Source of the DNA: an uncultured delta proteobacterium
GTDB taxonomy: Bacteria > Desulfobacterota > Binatia > UBA9968
Assembly (NCBI GenBank): GCA_963816145.1
Contig: CAWFJP010000017.1
Coordinates: 96,001-160,000, forward strand
Direction of reading: 5' to 3'
DNA: 64,000 nt
Both the position numbers and the translations under genes were made by a program. Under the pieces are notes generated by a model, which had not been told where the DNA came from, searched no databases, and worked only from the letters and a program-made list of their open reading frames with translations. Numbering within the stretch: position 1 is the first letter of the stretch; every line of letters starts with the position of its first letter. Shown in pieces: positions 8,787 through 18,153 of the stretch.

Positions 8787-10022
8787 CTACCTCGCCTCGA
8801 ATGTCGGCAGCCAGCCGCCGGGAGGATTGAGATCGATGAGATCGCGCTGCTTCGATGCGCGGCCCGAGATCAGGTAGCGCTCGCCGCGATAGGACCAGAC
8901 TCGAAGATCGGTCCAGAGTGGCGCTTCGCTATCATTACCTGCTGAGACCAGAACAGGTTTCGGCACCGTTTTCTGGGCAACATAGGAGGGCTTCTTGCGC
9001 AGCAGTTGGCGTAAACGGCCTTTGCCGACTTGGGAGCTAGCGAGCACGCCGTGGCCAGCGAAGCCCTGCGCGGGTTTGAAGAAAAAAGCCGCTTTGCTGG
9101 CGACAATCGCGTCGAGATTCTCCGCTTTCAGAAGATATGTCTCCGGCACATGGGCGCTAAGCACGGCTCGTTCATCGGGAGTAATCCCGATCTCCCGGTC
9201 CCAATGCGGTAGGGAAAGAAACTCAAGCAAGCGCTTGTCGCTCCGCGTCGCGTAGCTAAACGGATTGGGCGCGACGTAGACTTTGCCGCTTAGATATGCG
9301 GCGCGCAGCGGCGCAAAGATTTCGCCATCCCAGAAAAAGTCAGTGGCGCGGTTAATGACAAAAACCACCGGCGCGTCGCCCAAGAGAAGCGCCTTTCCAT
9401 CCCAGCGCAACTCGTCAGGCGCCGCAATTTCCGCGCGCCGGCCGCGTTTGCGCAACAGCTCGCGGAGCAGCAATAATTCCTGATAGAATTTTCCCCCGGC
9501 GAGCGCCGCCGAGGTCTCGACAATCAAGAACAGGCCCTGCGGTTTTGCGCCGGAAAACTCTCCGCTCTCACGGTCGATAAATCCAGCCACGCGGTTTGCA
9601 ATTGCGTCAACCGTCGGCGGCGGCAAGACGGTTGAGGCATTCGTGAGATCGGACAATTCGTAGAAAAACCGGTTGATCAGAGCGGCGTAGAGAAACCCTG
9701 AACCGTTGTCATTGCACTCGATAAGCTGCCAGCCTTGTTCCGGCGAGAGGTGGAAATCCCAAGCGGTAAAAAAGCAGATCTCCCGACGTTGCGCGCGGGC
9801 GATCTCGGGCGCCTTCGCGGTGACCCGCCATAGCCAGGCGGCACTGGTTGTTATGCGGTCGAACAGTCGAATGAACTCATCGATTTGAACCAGTGTTGTG
9901 TGCGGAATCAGTTGGGCGAAGGGAACCACGGAAAACTCTTGCGGCACCTCGGGCATTCCGGACGCCGAAAGCGCACTGAAAAATTCAGCTTTTGGAAAAC
10001 TCGTCCGCTGAATTGTCGGCAT
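8787..10022 (-). CDS. Hypothetical protein, probable circularly permuted ATP-grasp/glutathionylspermidine-synthase-like ligase
   Basis: WDFHL...LIECNDNGSG (ExN), FFFKPAQGFAGHG, YVAQ, DLRVW motifs in permuted ATP-grasp order. Confidence 0.6.
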   Translation of the reverse strand: MPTIQRTSFPKAEFFSALSASGMPEVPQEFSVVPFAQLIPHTTLVQIDEFIRLFDRITTSAAWLWRVTAKAPEIARAQRREICFFTAWDFHLSPEQGWQLIECNDNGSGFLYAALINRFFYELSDLTNASTVLPPPTVDAIANRVAGFIDRESGEFSGAKPQGLFLIVETSAALAGGKFYQELLLLRELLRKRGRRAEIAAPDELRWDGKALLLGDAPVVFVINRATDFFWDGEIFAPLRAAYLSGKVYVAPNPFSYATRSDKRLLEFLSLPHWDREIGITPDERAVLSAHVPETYLLKAENLDAIVASKAAFFFKPAQGFAGHGVLASSQVGKGRLRQLLRKKPSYVAQKTVPKPVLVSAGNDSEAPLWTDLRVWSYRGERYLISGRASKQRDLIDLNPPGGWLPTFEAR

Positions 10023-10140
10023 ATGGGCTAGTTTGAGGTCTTAAATCGTCACAGCTCTCGGTAAGGATACCTTCGTGACCATCTCTTGCCATCAACAACG
10101 CTCGCGCAATCGTGCGCACGAGAGGCGGAGAATTTCCCGA

Positions 10141-10192
10141 GGTGCAGACTCAAACGATCAATCGTCGAGTCCCCGGTCGAATGATCTGACCC
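10141..10192. repeat. Degenerate GGGTCAGAC...TCTGACCC palindromic repeat related to family A
   Basis: GGTGCAGACTCAAACGATCAATCGTCGAGT...GATCTGACCC; related halves at ~10219 (TGCAAGCCAGACCC) and ~12305 (AGGGTCAGAC). Confidence 0.45.
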
Positions 10193-10267
10193 TAACAAAC
10201 TCCGTGGATTTCATCCCGTGCAAGCCAGACCCGCCGTTACCCTGTCCTTACCGGAAAACAGTTATGT

Positions 10268-12250
10268 TCATTTGCTCGGAATTTTCGCTACTACTTCGCC
10301 ACTCAGCCGCTTGGTCTCCTCCTCCGTAAGCGATTCCAATTCAGTCAAGATTTCGTTCATCTTTGTCCCGTCGAGAGTTTGTCCCCAAGAGTCGGTAATC
10401 ACCACCGCCATTTCTGCAACCGTCGGAGTTCGAAATAAAGATCGAACAGACATTTCTAACTCAAATTCCTTGATGACCTGAGAGACAATTTGAATGGCCA
10501 GAAGAGAATGTCCCCCCAATTCGAAAAAGTTGTCGTGGATACCTACGTGCGCGAGGCCGATAGCATCAGCCCAAATTCTTGCCAGGGTCTCCTCGACGGG
10601 GGTGCGAGGAGCTACATAATCGACTCGCAATTCCGAGCACCGCTGCTCGGGCTCGGGCAGGGCACGACGATCTACCTTGCCGTTGGAAGTCAGCGGCATC
10701 GCGTCGAGCACGACAAACGCTGAAGGAATCATGTGCTCCGGCAATTTCTCGGCCAACGCGCGCCGTAGTGAACTTATACTAGGCGCCGGCTTACCGGCGG
10801 GTACGAGGTAGGCAATAAGGCGGATATCGATTCCCTGGCGTTGTGTCACCACAACAGCCTCTCTGATCCCGTCAACCGCCCGCAACGCGGTCTCCACCTC
10901 GCCGATTTCCAACCGGTTGCCGCGAATTTTTACTTGAAAATCTTTTCGTCCGGCGTGGTAAAGCAAGCCGTCGGGAAGCATGATTCCGCGATCTCCAGAG
11001 AGAAATGTGCGTTCCTCTCCGCCATCGGTGCGAAATTTATCCCGCGTGAGATCCGGCTGGCGCCAGTATCCCGGAGAGATATAACGGCTTCTGATGGCAA
11101 TTTCTCCTGTTTGACCAAAGCCAAGCGGCTGCCCGTTATCATCGAGGACAAGAATCTCGGTGCCGTCGCAAGGGTAGCCAAGCGGAATAATCTCATCGGT
11201 GATTTTTGTTTGCTTGTCGATATAGTAGCAAGCGACACTCCCGGTCTCGGTCGAGGCAAACCAGTTGACGAAAATGCACTCTGGAGAAAAATACTTTTTA
11301 TAAAGCTCCACGTCGGTTTGACGGACCGGTTCATTGCCCACCCTGACAACCCGTAGTGCCGGGAACTGTTCGTTCCCATTGAGAGCCGTTGCAAAACTGC
11401 AAAAGACGCTGGCGCCCGAGATAAATAGGGTAATGCCCTCTGTGATAAGCCAGTTGGCCAGATCCGCAAGCCCATCCTCGGGAATATTCCAAGGGTAAAG
11501 AGCCGCGCCCGCCGCCAACGCACTTATGACGATTTTCATTCCCTGACCGCCGGTGCAGGTACCGAGAAGTGTCAATCGGTCATCCGGCTGGATGCGAAGA
11601 TTATTGACATAAGCCATTACGCTATGAAGCGCGTTTCGGTGGGTCTGAGCAACTCCCTTCGGCTGTCCGGTTGAGCCGGAGGTGTATAGGATAAAAGCGA
11701 TTGTTTCCGGTGCTACGGTGAGTTCGATATTGTCATCGGCCAAACTCGCGTCCAGTTCGTCGATGTTAATTACCCGCGCCGTTCTATCGGCTAACTGATT
11801 GGCTTCGGAAACATAGTTGCTATTCGTTACGATTAACCCGCTTCCCGAGTCGGCAAAGATATTGCGGCTCCTTGCTGGTGGGCTCGTGGAATCGAGGGGC
11901 ACACAGCACTTACCGGCTTTCATGACTCCGATGATCGAAGCGATCATATCGGCATCATGTCCGAGCAGTAGAGCGATGGGCTCCGCTTCATTGCCACGCT
12001 GCGATAGCAGCGCACGCGCGATACGATTGGCGATCGTATTAAGATCACCGTAGCTGAGTCGTCGGCCCTTAACGCGGACGGCAACCCGATCATGGTCATG
12101 TGCAACCTGTCGCTCGAAATGAGCTGGGATCGACTGCTCGATTTCACTTTTTGTGAATTCAATAAACTTGCCGGCGGGATGAAAACATTTCGCTCGAATG
12201 GCTTCCTGCTCCGGCGGCAGCTTATATTTATTGGGGATTAAATCGGTCAT
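10268..12250 (-). CDS. Stand-alone NRPS-like adenylation-PCP didomain (paralog of 3683-5647)
   Basis: YTSGSTGQPKG, GRKDFQVKIRGNRLEIGEVE, PLTSNGKVDR, PCP DNFFELGGHSL. Confidence 0.9.
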   Translation of the reverse strand: MTDLIPNKYKLPPEQEAIRAKCFHPAGKFIEFTKSEIEQSIPAHFERQVAHDHDRVAVRVKGRRLSYGDLNTIANRIARALLSQRGNEAEPIALLLGHDADMIASIIGVMKAGKCCVPLDSTSPPARSRNIFADSGSGLIVTNSNYVSEANQLADRTARVINIDELDASLADDNIELTVAPETIAFILYTSGSTGQPKGVAQTHRNALHSVMAYVNNLRIQPDDRLTLLGTCTGGQGMKIVISALAAGAALYPWNIPEDGLADLANWLITEGITLFISGASVFCSFATALNGNEQFPALRVVRVGNEPVRQTDVELYKKYFSPECIFVNWFASTETGSVACYYIDKQTKITDEIIPLGYPCDGTEILVLDDNGQPLGFGQTGEIAIRSRYISPGYWRQPDLTRDKFRTDGGEERTFLSGDRGIMLPDGLLYHAGRKDFQVKIRGNRLEIGEVETALRAVDGIREAVVVTQRQGIDIRLIAYLVPAGKPAPSISSLRRALAEKLPEHMIPSAFVVLDAMPLTSNGKVDRRALPEPEQRCSELRVDYVAPRTPVEETLARIWADAIGLAHVGIHDNFFELGGHSLLAIQIVSQVIKEFELEMSVRSLFRTPTVAEMAVVITDSWGQTLDGTKMNEILTELESLTEEETKRLSGEVVAKIPSK

Positions 12251-12349
12251 TTGATTTGTTTGCGCATCTCAGCAAACGGCTGGCGCAATTGTGAGGCAAT
12301 TCTGAGGGTCAGACATCTATGACTCGAAAATCAGATCACGCTTCCAAGC

Positions 12350-12515
12350 TCACATCTCGTAAAAGCGCACTGTGGTATGAACGAGCAGATTTCGCTTGCT
12401 CTCCTAACTGATATCGTTCCGTTTAAGGAAAATGTCGACCGCGCCGTAGAGGAGGTCCCCGTCCGGGAAAGTCGAACGATAAACCCAACACTGGTCGTTT
12501 CTATTGCCAAAATGG
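12350..12515 (-). pseudogene. 3'-end relic of an amidohydrolase paralogous to 21510-22643
   Basis: Translates DQCWVYRSTFPDGDLLYGAVDIFLKRNDIS*ESKRNLLVHTTVRFYEM*, matching DQCWVYGSDIPHGDRLYGAVDVFLKRDDISEESKRKLLVDNTARFYGL*. Confidence 0.85.
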
Positions 12516-12537
12516 TTATTGCCTGCTGCCATTCGCA

Positions 12538-13569
12538 CTACTTTGCCTCGAGTATCTGTTTCACTCGACTCACCACCGCGGGCTCGATTTCATACAAGCC
12601 GTTCACCATCTTTTCGATGCCGGGTCCATCGATCGGGTCGATTTCGAGCTTGGCCTTTTCCGCCTCGGCCATAAACTGAGGATCCGCCAGAGTGCTGACG
12701 AAAGCTTTTTGCAGTGTTCGTAGGCGCTGTTCGGGCACTTGCGGCGGGAGCGAATAGAGTCTCTGCTTGCCGTAAAGCTCGGCGGCGATGCGCAGGAGTT
12801 TTTTCCCCTCGTCGGTCTTGGCGTAATCGATGGCGAGCGGGACACCCTTGAGCTCGGGATGAGGCTCGAGCATCGTCTGGAGCACGACATGGATCTGTTT
12901 GGCCTTGAGCGCGTTGGCCCAGGTCACCTTCGCCGATTGCCAGCCAAAGGCGCAGGTACCGTCGACTTCGCCGGTTTCCGCGGCAATCCTGATGTCGGCG
13001 GTGCCCTTGTAGCCCTCGATCAACTGCAGCGGGAAATCCGTCGCGGCGGCTAGCAACTTGGTATCGTCGGTGCCGCTGGTGCCGGGGCCGATCGCTCCGA
13101 GCTTGACCCGTGTTTTGGCCTTACGCCAATCCTCCGCAGTTCTGATCCCGCTGCGTTCGGTCGTGATGCACACTAGCGCATCCGCCGTCGGCATGCCGAG
13201 CCAGCCAAACTTGCGTCCCTCGAATAGCACCGCCGGGTTGCCCATCATGTGCTGCAAAATCAGCGGGCCGGACCAATGGCCGATCACCGTGCCATCGCGG
13301 GGAGCACTGTTATAGGTATAATTCGCCGCGATAAGCATCGCCGCTCCAGGCATGTTCTGAACGACAGTAGCCGGTTTGCCCGGAACGAATTGCGGGAAGT
13401 GGCGCGCGATCAGTCTGGTGTAGGTATCGTAGCCGCCGCCGGCGGTGCCGCCGACGACCCACTGGATGGTTTTGCCTTTGTAGAAGTCCTCGACCGTGGC
13501 CGCTCGCGCCGAGACCGACAATACCGAGATAATGATCGGCAGCAAAAATACGTCGAGCGCTTTAACCAT
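12538..13569 (-). CDS. Tripartite tricarboxylate transporter substrate-binding protein (Bug/TctC family), orphan
   Basis: Signal peptide; FYKGKTI, GGGYDTYTR, VQNMPGA, GYKGTADI motifs. Confidence 0.88.
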   Translation of the reverse strand: MVKALDVFLLPIIISVLSVSARAATVEDFYKGKTIQWVVGGTAGGGYDTYTRLIARHFPQFVPGKPATVVQNMPGAAMLIAANYTYNSAPRDGTVIGHWSGPLILQHMMGNPAVLFEGRKFGWLGMPTADALVCITTERSGIRTAEDWRKAKTRVKLGAIGPGTSGTDDTKLLAAATDFPLQLIEGYKGTADIRIAAETGEVDGTCAFGWQSAKVTWANALKAKQIHVVLQTMLEPHPELKGVPLAIDYAKTDEGKKLLRIAAELYGKQRLYSLPPQVPEQRLRTLQKAFVSTLADPQFMAEAEKAKLEIDPIDGPGIEKMVNGLYEIEPAVVSRVKQILEAK

Positions 13570-13679
13570 GCGCCACCTCCTTACGGATCGGCTATCGTCG
13601 CGGAACGTAGTTTGTTCGCTAGGCTCATGTCAAGGGTCCAGACGCTGCGTCGGGGACAACGACGCGAATTTGGATATTG

Positions 13680-13743
13680 CTCGCGCCCAGACCGCAAAGA
13701 TAACAATTTATTTATTTCCGTTCCTTTGCGTGCTTTGCGCGAG
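13680..13743. repeat. REP-like imperfect inverted repeat
   Basis: CTCGCGCCCAGACCGCAAAG ... CTTTGCGTGCTTTGCGCGAG around an AT-rich loop. Confidence 0.6.
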
Positions 13744-13951
13744 ATGGTCCGATTTTCGGTTGACGCGGTACCTTGCCGTGTTATGCCAGTTGCTAAGAAC
13801 AGTAAACAACCATATCTTCAGAAAAGAAATTACCGACACGTAGGCAGAGCGCGGTTCGACCTGATTCGTTTTGCAATTCCGTCCTTGTCTTCATTCGAGC
13901 CACGATGACTACCATTGAGAGGCTCCGCCGTACCTGCACCGGAAGCTAAGC

Positions 13952-15268
13952 ATGAACGATACTCTTGTCACTGAGAAATCAGTCAAAAAGCGGCAACCGT
14001 TTTTTTTCGGCTGGTACATGGTCGCCGCGAGTGTCGTTACCAACACGATCTTCTCCGCCGCCTATTTCCAGGGCTTCGGCGTTCTCATCATCCCGATAGA
14101 ACGGACCTTCGGCTGGGACCGCTGGGTCGTTTCAGCCGCTATGTCGTTGCGCCAGTTGGAATCCGGCATTATCAGTCCCGCTGTCGGATTTCTGTTGGAC
14201 CGCTTCAGCGCGCGTAGATTGATTTTCTGGAGCGCGGTAATCTCGGGCGTCGGCTTCATCGGCCTCGGCTTCACTACCGGCATCGTCACGTTTTTTCTCT
14301 GCTTCGTGATCATTTCCCTGGGCGCATCAGGGGTCAGCCACGCGGTTACCTGGCCGGTGATCATCTCCCGCTGGTTTCGCCGCAACCGCGGCCTGGCCAC
14401 GGGGCTGGCGGTAACCGGTCCCATCTTCGGCTCGCCCATCGTTATACTAAACACGCAGATCGAGGAGGCGTACGGCTGGCGCGTCGTCCTGTTCGGCTAC
14501 GGCGCCCTGGTCTTAGTCGGCGTCACGCTGCTCAGCATGCTGGTACGTGACCGGCCGGAGCCCTATGGTTTGCGGCCAGATGGCGACCCGCCCGAGGAGA
14601 GCGCTTCGACGAAACGTCCCACCAGCTCATCGCTGCGCGGCACAGACGGCGGGCTCACGCTCCGCGCGGTGTTCCGCACCAAGGAGTTCTGGCTATTCAC
14701 GAGCTACTTGTCGGGGACCTTCGCCGTAAACTCCGCCTTTCAAATCCACATGATTCCCTACTTCCAGCAAGACATCGGATTTACCGCGGCCTGGGCGGCC
14801 GTGGTCATGTCCATCGTCTTCATCATCAGCGGTATTGGCCGCATCGGCGGCGGCTATCTGCTCGACAGGATGGACTATCGCGCCGTCCTGGCGGCGGTCG
14901 CCGCGATGATGGGCATCGCCCTCTTGTACCTTCAGGTGGTGGCGGTCAAAACGGTCTGGGCCACATTGCCCTTCGCGCTGATGTTCGGCGTCAGCTTCGG
15001 CTGCCTGGTGCCCATGCGCGGTGCCGTCGGCAGCATTATGTTCGGTACCCGGGCGATTGGCAAAGTGTTGGGCATACTCCAGGGAGGGCCGATCGCGGCG
15101 GGAGTCATCGGCCCCTTCGTCATGGGTATAATCTTCGACCTGCACGGCAACTACTCCGCGGCGATCTGGGGACTCATCGTCACCAGCGCCCTCATGGTGC
15201 CGCTGTCCCTGGCCATGGCCTCGCCCACCGAGTTGGCCACGCGTATCGCACAGCAGCAGCGGATTTGA
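13952..15268 (+). CDS. MFS transporter (oxalate/formate or monocarboxylate-like)
   Basis: About 12 hydrophobic segments; FFGWYMV, GFLLDRFSAR (motif A), WFRRNRGLATG. Confidence 0.88.
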   Translation: MNDTLVTEKSVKKRQPFFFGWYMVAASVVTNTIFSAAYFQGFGVLIIPIERTFGWDRWVVSAAMSLRQLESGIISPAVGFLLDRFSARRLIFWSAVISGVGFIGLGFTTGIVTFFLCFVIISLGASGVSHAVTWPVIISRWFRRNRGLATGLAVTGPIFGSPIVILNTQIEEAYGWRVVLFGYGALVLVGVTLLSMLVRDRPEPYGLRPDGDPPEESASTKRPTSSSLRGTDGGLTLRAVFRTKEFWLFTSYLSGTFAVNSAFQIHMIPYFQQDIGFTAAWAAVVMSIVFIISGIGRIGGGYLLDRMDYRAVLAAVAAMMGIALLYLQVVAVKTVWATLPFALMFGVSFGCLVPMRGAVGSIMFGTRAIGKVLGILQGGPIAAGVIGPFVMGIIFDLHGNYSAAIWGLIVTSALMVPLSLAMASPTELATRIAQQQRI

Positions 15269-15269
15269 C

Positions 15270-15419
15270 CAGGCTGCAGAAAAAGACCTATATGCTTCGT
15301 TGCGCCTCAACCGCCTCGGTCGAATTCGTGGTCGCGTAGCGTGTTCGCGCTCGTGTGGGTTTCACGGTCACGTTCACGGTCCATGGGCGCCTCGCCTCTG
15401 GATCTTATTGAGCAGCCTG
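15270..15419. mobile_element. MITE-like element with terminal inverted repeats
   Basis: CAGGCTGCAGAAAAAGA ... TCTTATTGAGCAGCCTG; extra degenerate end TTTTCAGCAAACTG just downstream; no credible gene inside. Confidence 0.6.
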
Positions 15420-15513
15420 CAAGAGTTTTCAGCAAACTGCTAGGTGTTTCCCACCTGGAGAAAAGACATATGGTCATTAGCTGGACGGTCAAGTAGGCAT
15501 GGATCTTCGCGCT

Positions 15514-15567
15514 GTTGATGGGGTCGCGTTATGCATTGCAATAAATGTGTGATCGCAAGACCTGGCC
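15514..15567 (+). repeat. Family A repeat, copy 3 (54 bp)
   Basis: GTTGATGGGGTCGCGTTATGCATTGCAATAAATGTGTGATCGCAAGACCTGGCC. Confidence 0.85.
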
Positions 15568-15694
15568 AGAAATCTGTTTACGAAATTTGCTTTAATAAAA
15601 AATCCACTGGTCTGTATACTCACAAGTCAGACTAACTCGCACCATGCCACCTTGACAGTTGTCAAATTCGTCCAGATGCGCGAGATTATCAGCT

Positions 15695-16749
15695 ATGACA
15701 ACCATCAACCAAAATCGCACACGGACGAATGCCGCCCTTGATCCCTCATCTATCCTGCAAACCGCTTTCGGTTTTTGGCATTCCAAAGTCCTGCTCACGG
15801 CCGTCGAGTTCGGCGTGTTCACGAAACTCGCCGGTCGCCGTCTCACCGGCGCAGAGCTTGGCGCGGAATTGCAATTCCACCCGCGCGCGATCGCGGATTT
15901 TTTTGATGCTCTCGTCGCGATGAAGTTTCTCGGCCGCGAAGGTGACGGCTCGCAGGCGAGGTATTTCAACACGCCCGAAGGCTTATTGTTCCTCGACGAG
16001 GCCAGCCCGCGTTACATCGGGGGCTGGCTGGCGATGTGCAACGCGCGGCTCTTCAAATTCTGGAACGATCTCCCAGAGGCGTTGCGGACGGGCCGAGCGC
16101 AGAACGAGATCAAGCATGGCCAGAAGGGCATGTTTGAAGAACTCTACTCGGATCTACCCCGACTGGAGCAATTCATGGGCGCGATGACAGGCCTCTCGCG
16201 GATCAACTTCGAGGCGTTCGCGGACAAATTTGACTTCGCGAAGTTCCAAACCCTCTGCGACGTCGGCGGCGCCACCGGCCTGCTGAGCGTTGAAGTCGCA
16301 AAGAAACACTCGCACCTCAAATGCACCAGCTTCGACCTGCCAGTGGTCGAACCCATTGCGAAGAATCACATAGCCGCCGCCGGGTTGGAGAACCGCGTCG
16401 TCACGGCATCCGGTGATTTCTTCAAAGACCCACTGCCGAAGGCCGACGTCATCACGATGGGCATGATTCTGCACGACTGGAATCTGGAGAAAAAGATGCA
16501 TCTCATCCGCTCCGCGTACGATGCTTTGCCGCCCGGCGGCGCGCTGGTAGCCATTGAAGCGCTGATTGACGACGCCCGCCGCGAGAACGTCCAGGGGTTG
16601 TTGATGTCGCTCAACATGCTCATCGAATTCGGCGACGCCTTTGATTATTCCGGCGCGGACTTCCGCAAGTGGTGTGGGAGGTCGGTTTCAAACACTTCGA
16701 AGTCATCCATCTCGCCGGCCCATCGAGTGCCGCGGTAGCCTACAAGTAG
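15695..16749 (+). CDS. O-methyltransferase (dimerisation + Methyltransf_2 type), frameshifted near the C-terminus
   Basis: CDVGGATG, GDFF, ILHDW; after KWC (~16676) the expected tail EVGFKHFEVIHLAGPSSAAVAYK* lies in another frame ending at 16749. Confidence 0.85.
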
Positions 16750-16792
16750 CCGGAAACGATCCTATGTCGGAATAAAATCACGGCAAGGGAAT

Positions 16793-16859
16793 GTTGATGG
16801 GGTCGAGTTGATGGATCGCGCCTTGCACTGCAACAAATGTATGATCCTAAACCCCGGCC
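16793..16859 (+). repeat. Family A repeat, copy 4 (duplicated 5' end)
   Basis: GTTGATGGGGTCGA then GTTGATGGATCGCGCCTTGCACTGCAACAAATGTATGATCCTAAACCCCGGCC. Confidence 0.8.
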
Positions 16860-17019
16860 GCAAGTCCTGGATGAGATCTAACAAACTTTCGGCGACACTG
16901 ATCCTGCGAAACTTGAAGCGTCGTTCAGTTCAATCGGTGTCCGTCGTCAGTTCTGCAAGACGATCGAGATTTACTGCTGAAATGGCCGCCGTTCCCCCGG
17001 AGACCAAGCCGCTAGCGGG

Positions 17020-18010
17020 GCTGTGGGAAGTCCAACGGGAAGTGGTGTTAAAGGCAAGCCGCAAGGAAGAACCTAAGCAGGCCACCATCGACCAGGACGC
17101 CACGGTGATCGAGAGCCACAAAGAACAGAGCCGCATGACGTATTTGGGCGAGCGTGGGTATCAGCCGGTGATCAACTACTGGGTGGAGCAGGACTTGATT
17201 TTGGCCGACGAGTTTCGCGATGGCAATGTGCCGGCGGGGATGGATTGCCTGAGTTCGTTTATGCGCACCATCCGGGCACTGCCTGCGAGCATCGAGACGC
17301 TTTACTTTCGTTCCGACAGTGCGGCCTACCAGCACAAGCTGTTAGATGCGATGCGCGATGGGATAGAACTTTATGGCAAGCAAGTGCCAGTCTATTTTGC
17401 CATCAGCGCCGATGTCAGCGAGGCGCTTCGGGGAAAGATCGTCTCATTATCGGACTCCGCGTGGAAACCGTTGAGGAGACTGACCGAGAAGGGATGGATC
17501 GAAGGCAGAAAAGAGTGGGCCGAGGTCGAGTTTATCCCCTCGGATGCATCGGTGAAGAAGGCCATGAAGCCGGACCGCTATTTAGCGATCCGAGTCAGGC
17601 CCTGGCAGACCGAGCTATTTTCAGACGGCAACAGCTATCACTACTACGCGGTGGTCACCAACCGTTGGGAGATCGAGGGCGAGGAACTGTTGCGCTGGCA
17701 GCGCGAGCGCTGTGGGAGTGTGGAGAAGGTCCATGATGCATTGAAGAACGATCTGGCGGGAGGGGTAATGCCGTGCGGGAGGTATTACGCCAACGCGGCG
17801 TGGTGGCGACTCAACTGTCTTTGCTACAACGTGATCTCGATCATGAAGCGCAAGGGGCTGCCGCAAAGCTTTTGGCCGGTGCGGATGAAGGCTCTGAGGT
17901 TTCATTTGATCGGGGTAGCCGGCAAGGTGGTCTCGCACGCGCGCATGACGTTTCTGAAAATCACCGAAGGGCTGATTGGCTATCGGCAGGCGAGAAGCCA
18001 GTGGATTGAC
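17020..18010 (+). mobile_element. IS1380-family transposase remnant (N-terminus missing; ends approximate)
   Basis: TIDQDAT, GYQP, EFRDGNVPA, FRSDSA, RCGSVEKVHDALKND, ANAAW motifs; no terminal inverted repeats recognised. Confidence 0.8.
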
Positions 18011-18153
18011 CTTCTTGACAAGATCTTGGCAACTGGCGAATATTTCAATCGGTTGTTTTTTGTGGAATCGGAAAGAAAAAATTTGGAATTCGGCCGGTCA
18101 TTCGGCAAAAGACTTAAATGTAAGTCCTCATCTCCTCGTCTCGCGGGGGTCGC

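Noticed and set aside
12377-12679. 100-aa + strand ORF
   Set aside because: Antisense shadow of the amidohydrolase relic and the tctC 3' end.
6100-16859. Family A repeats as a CRISPR array
   Set aside because: Spacing is 1-8 kb with whole genes between copies; no cas genes.
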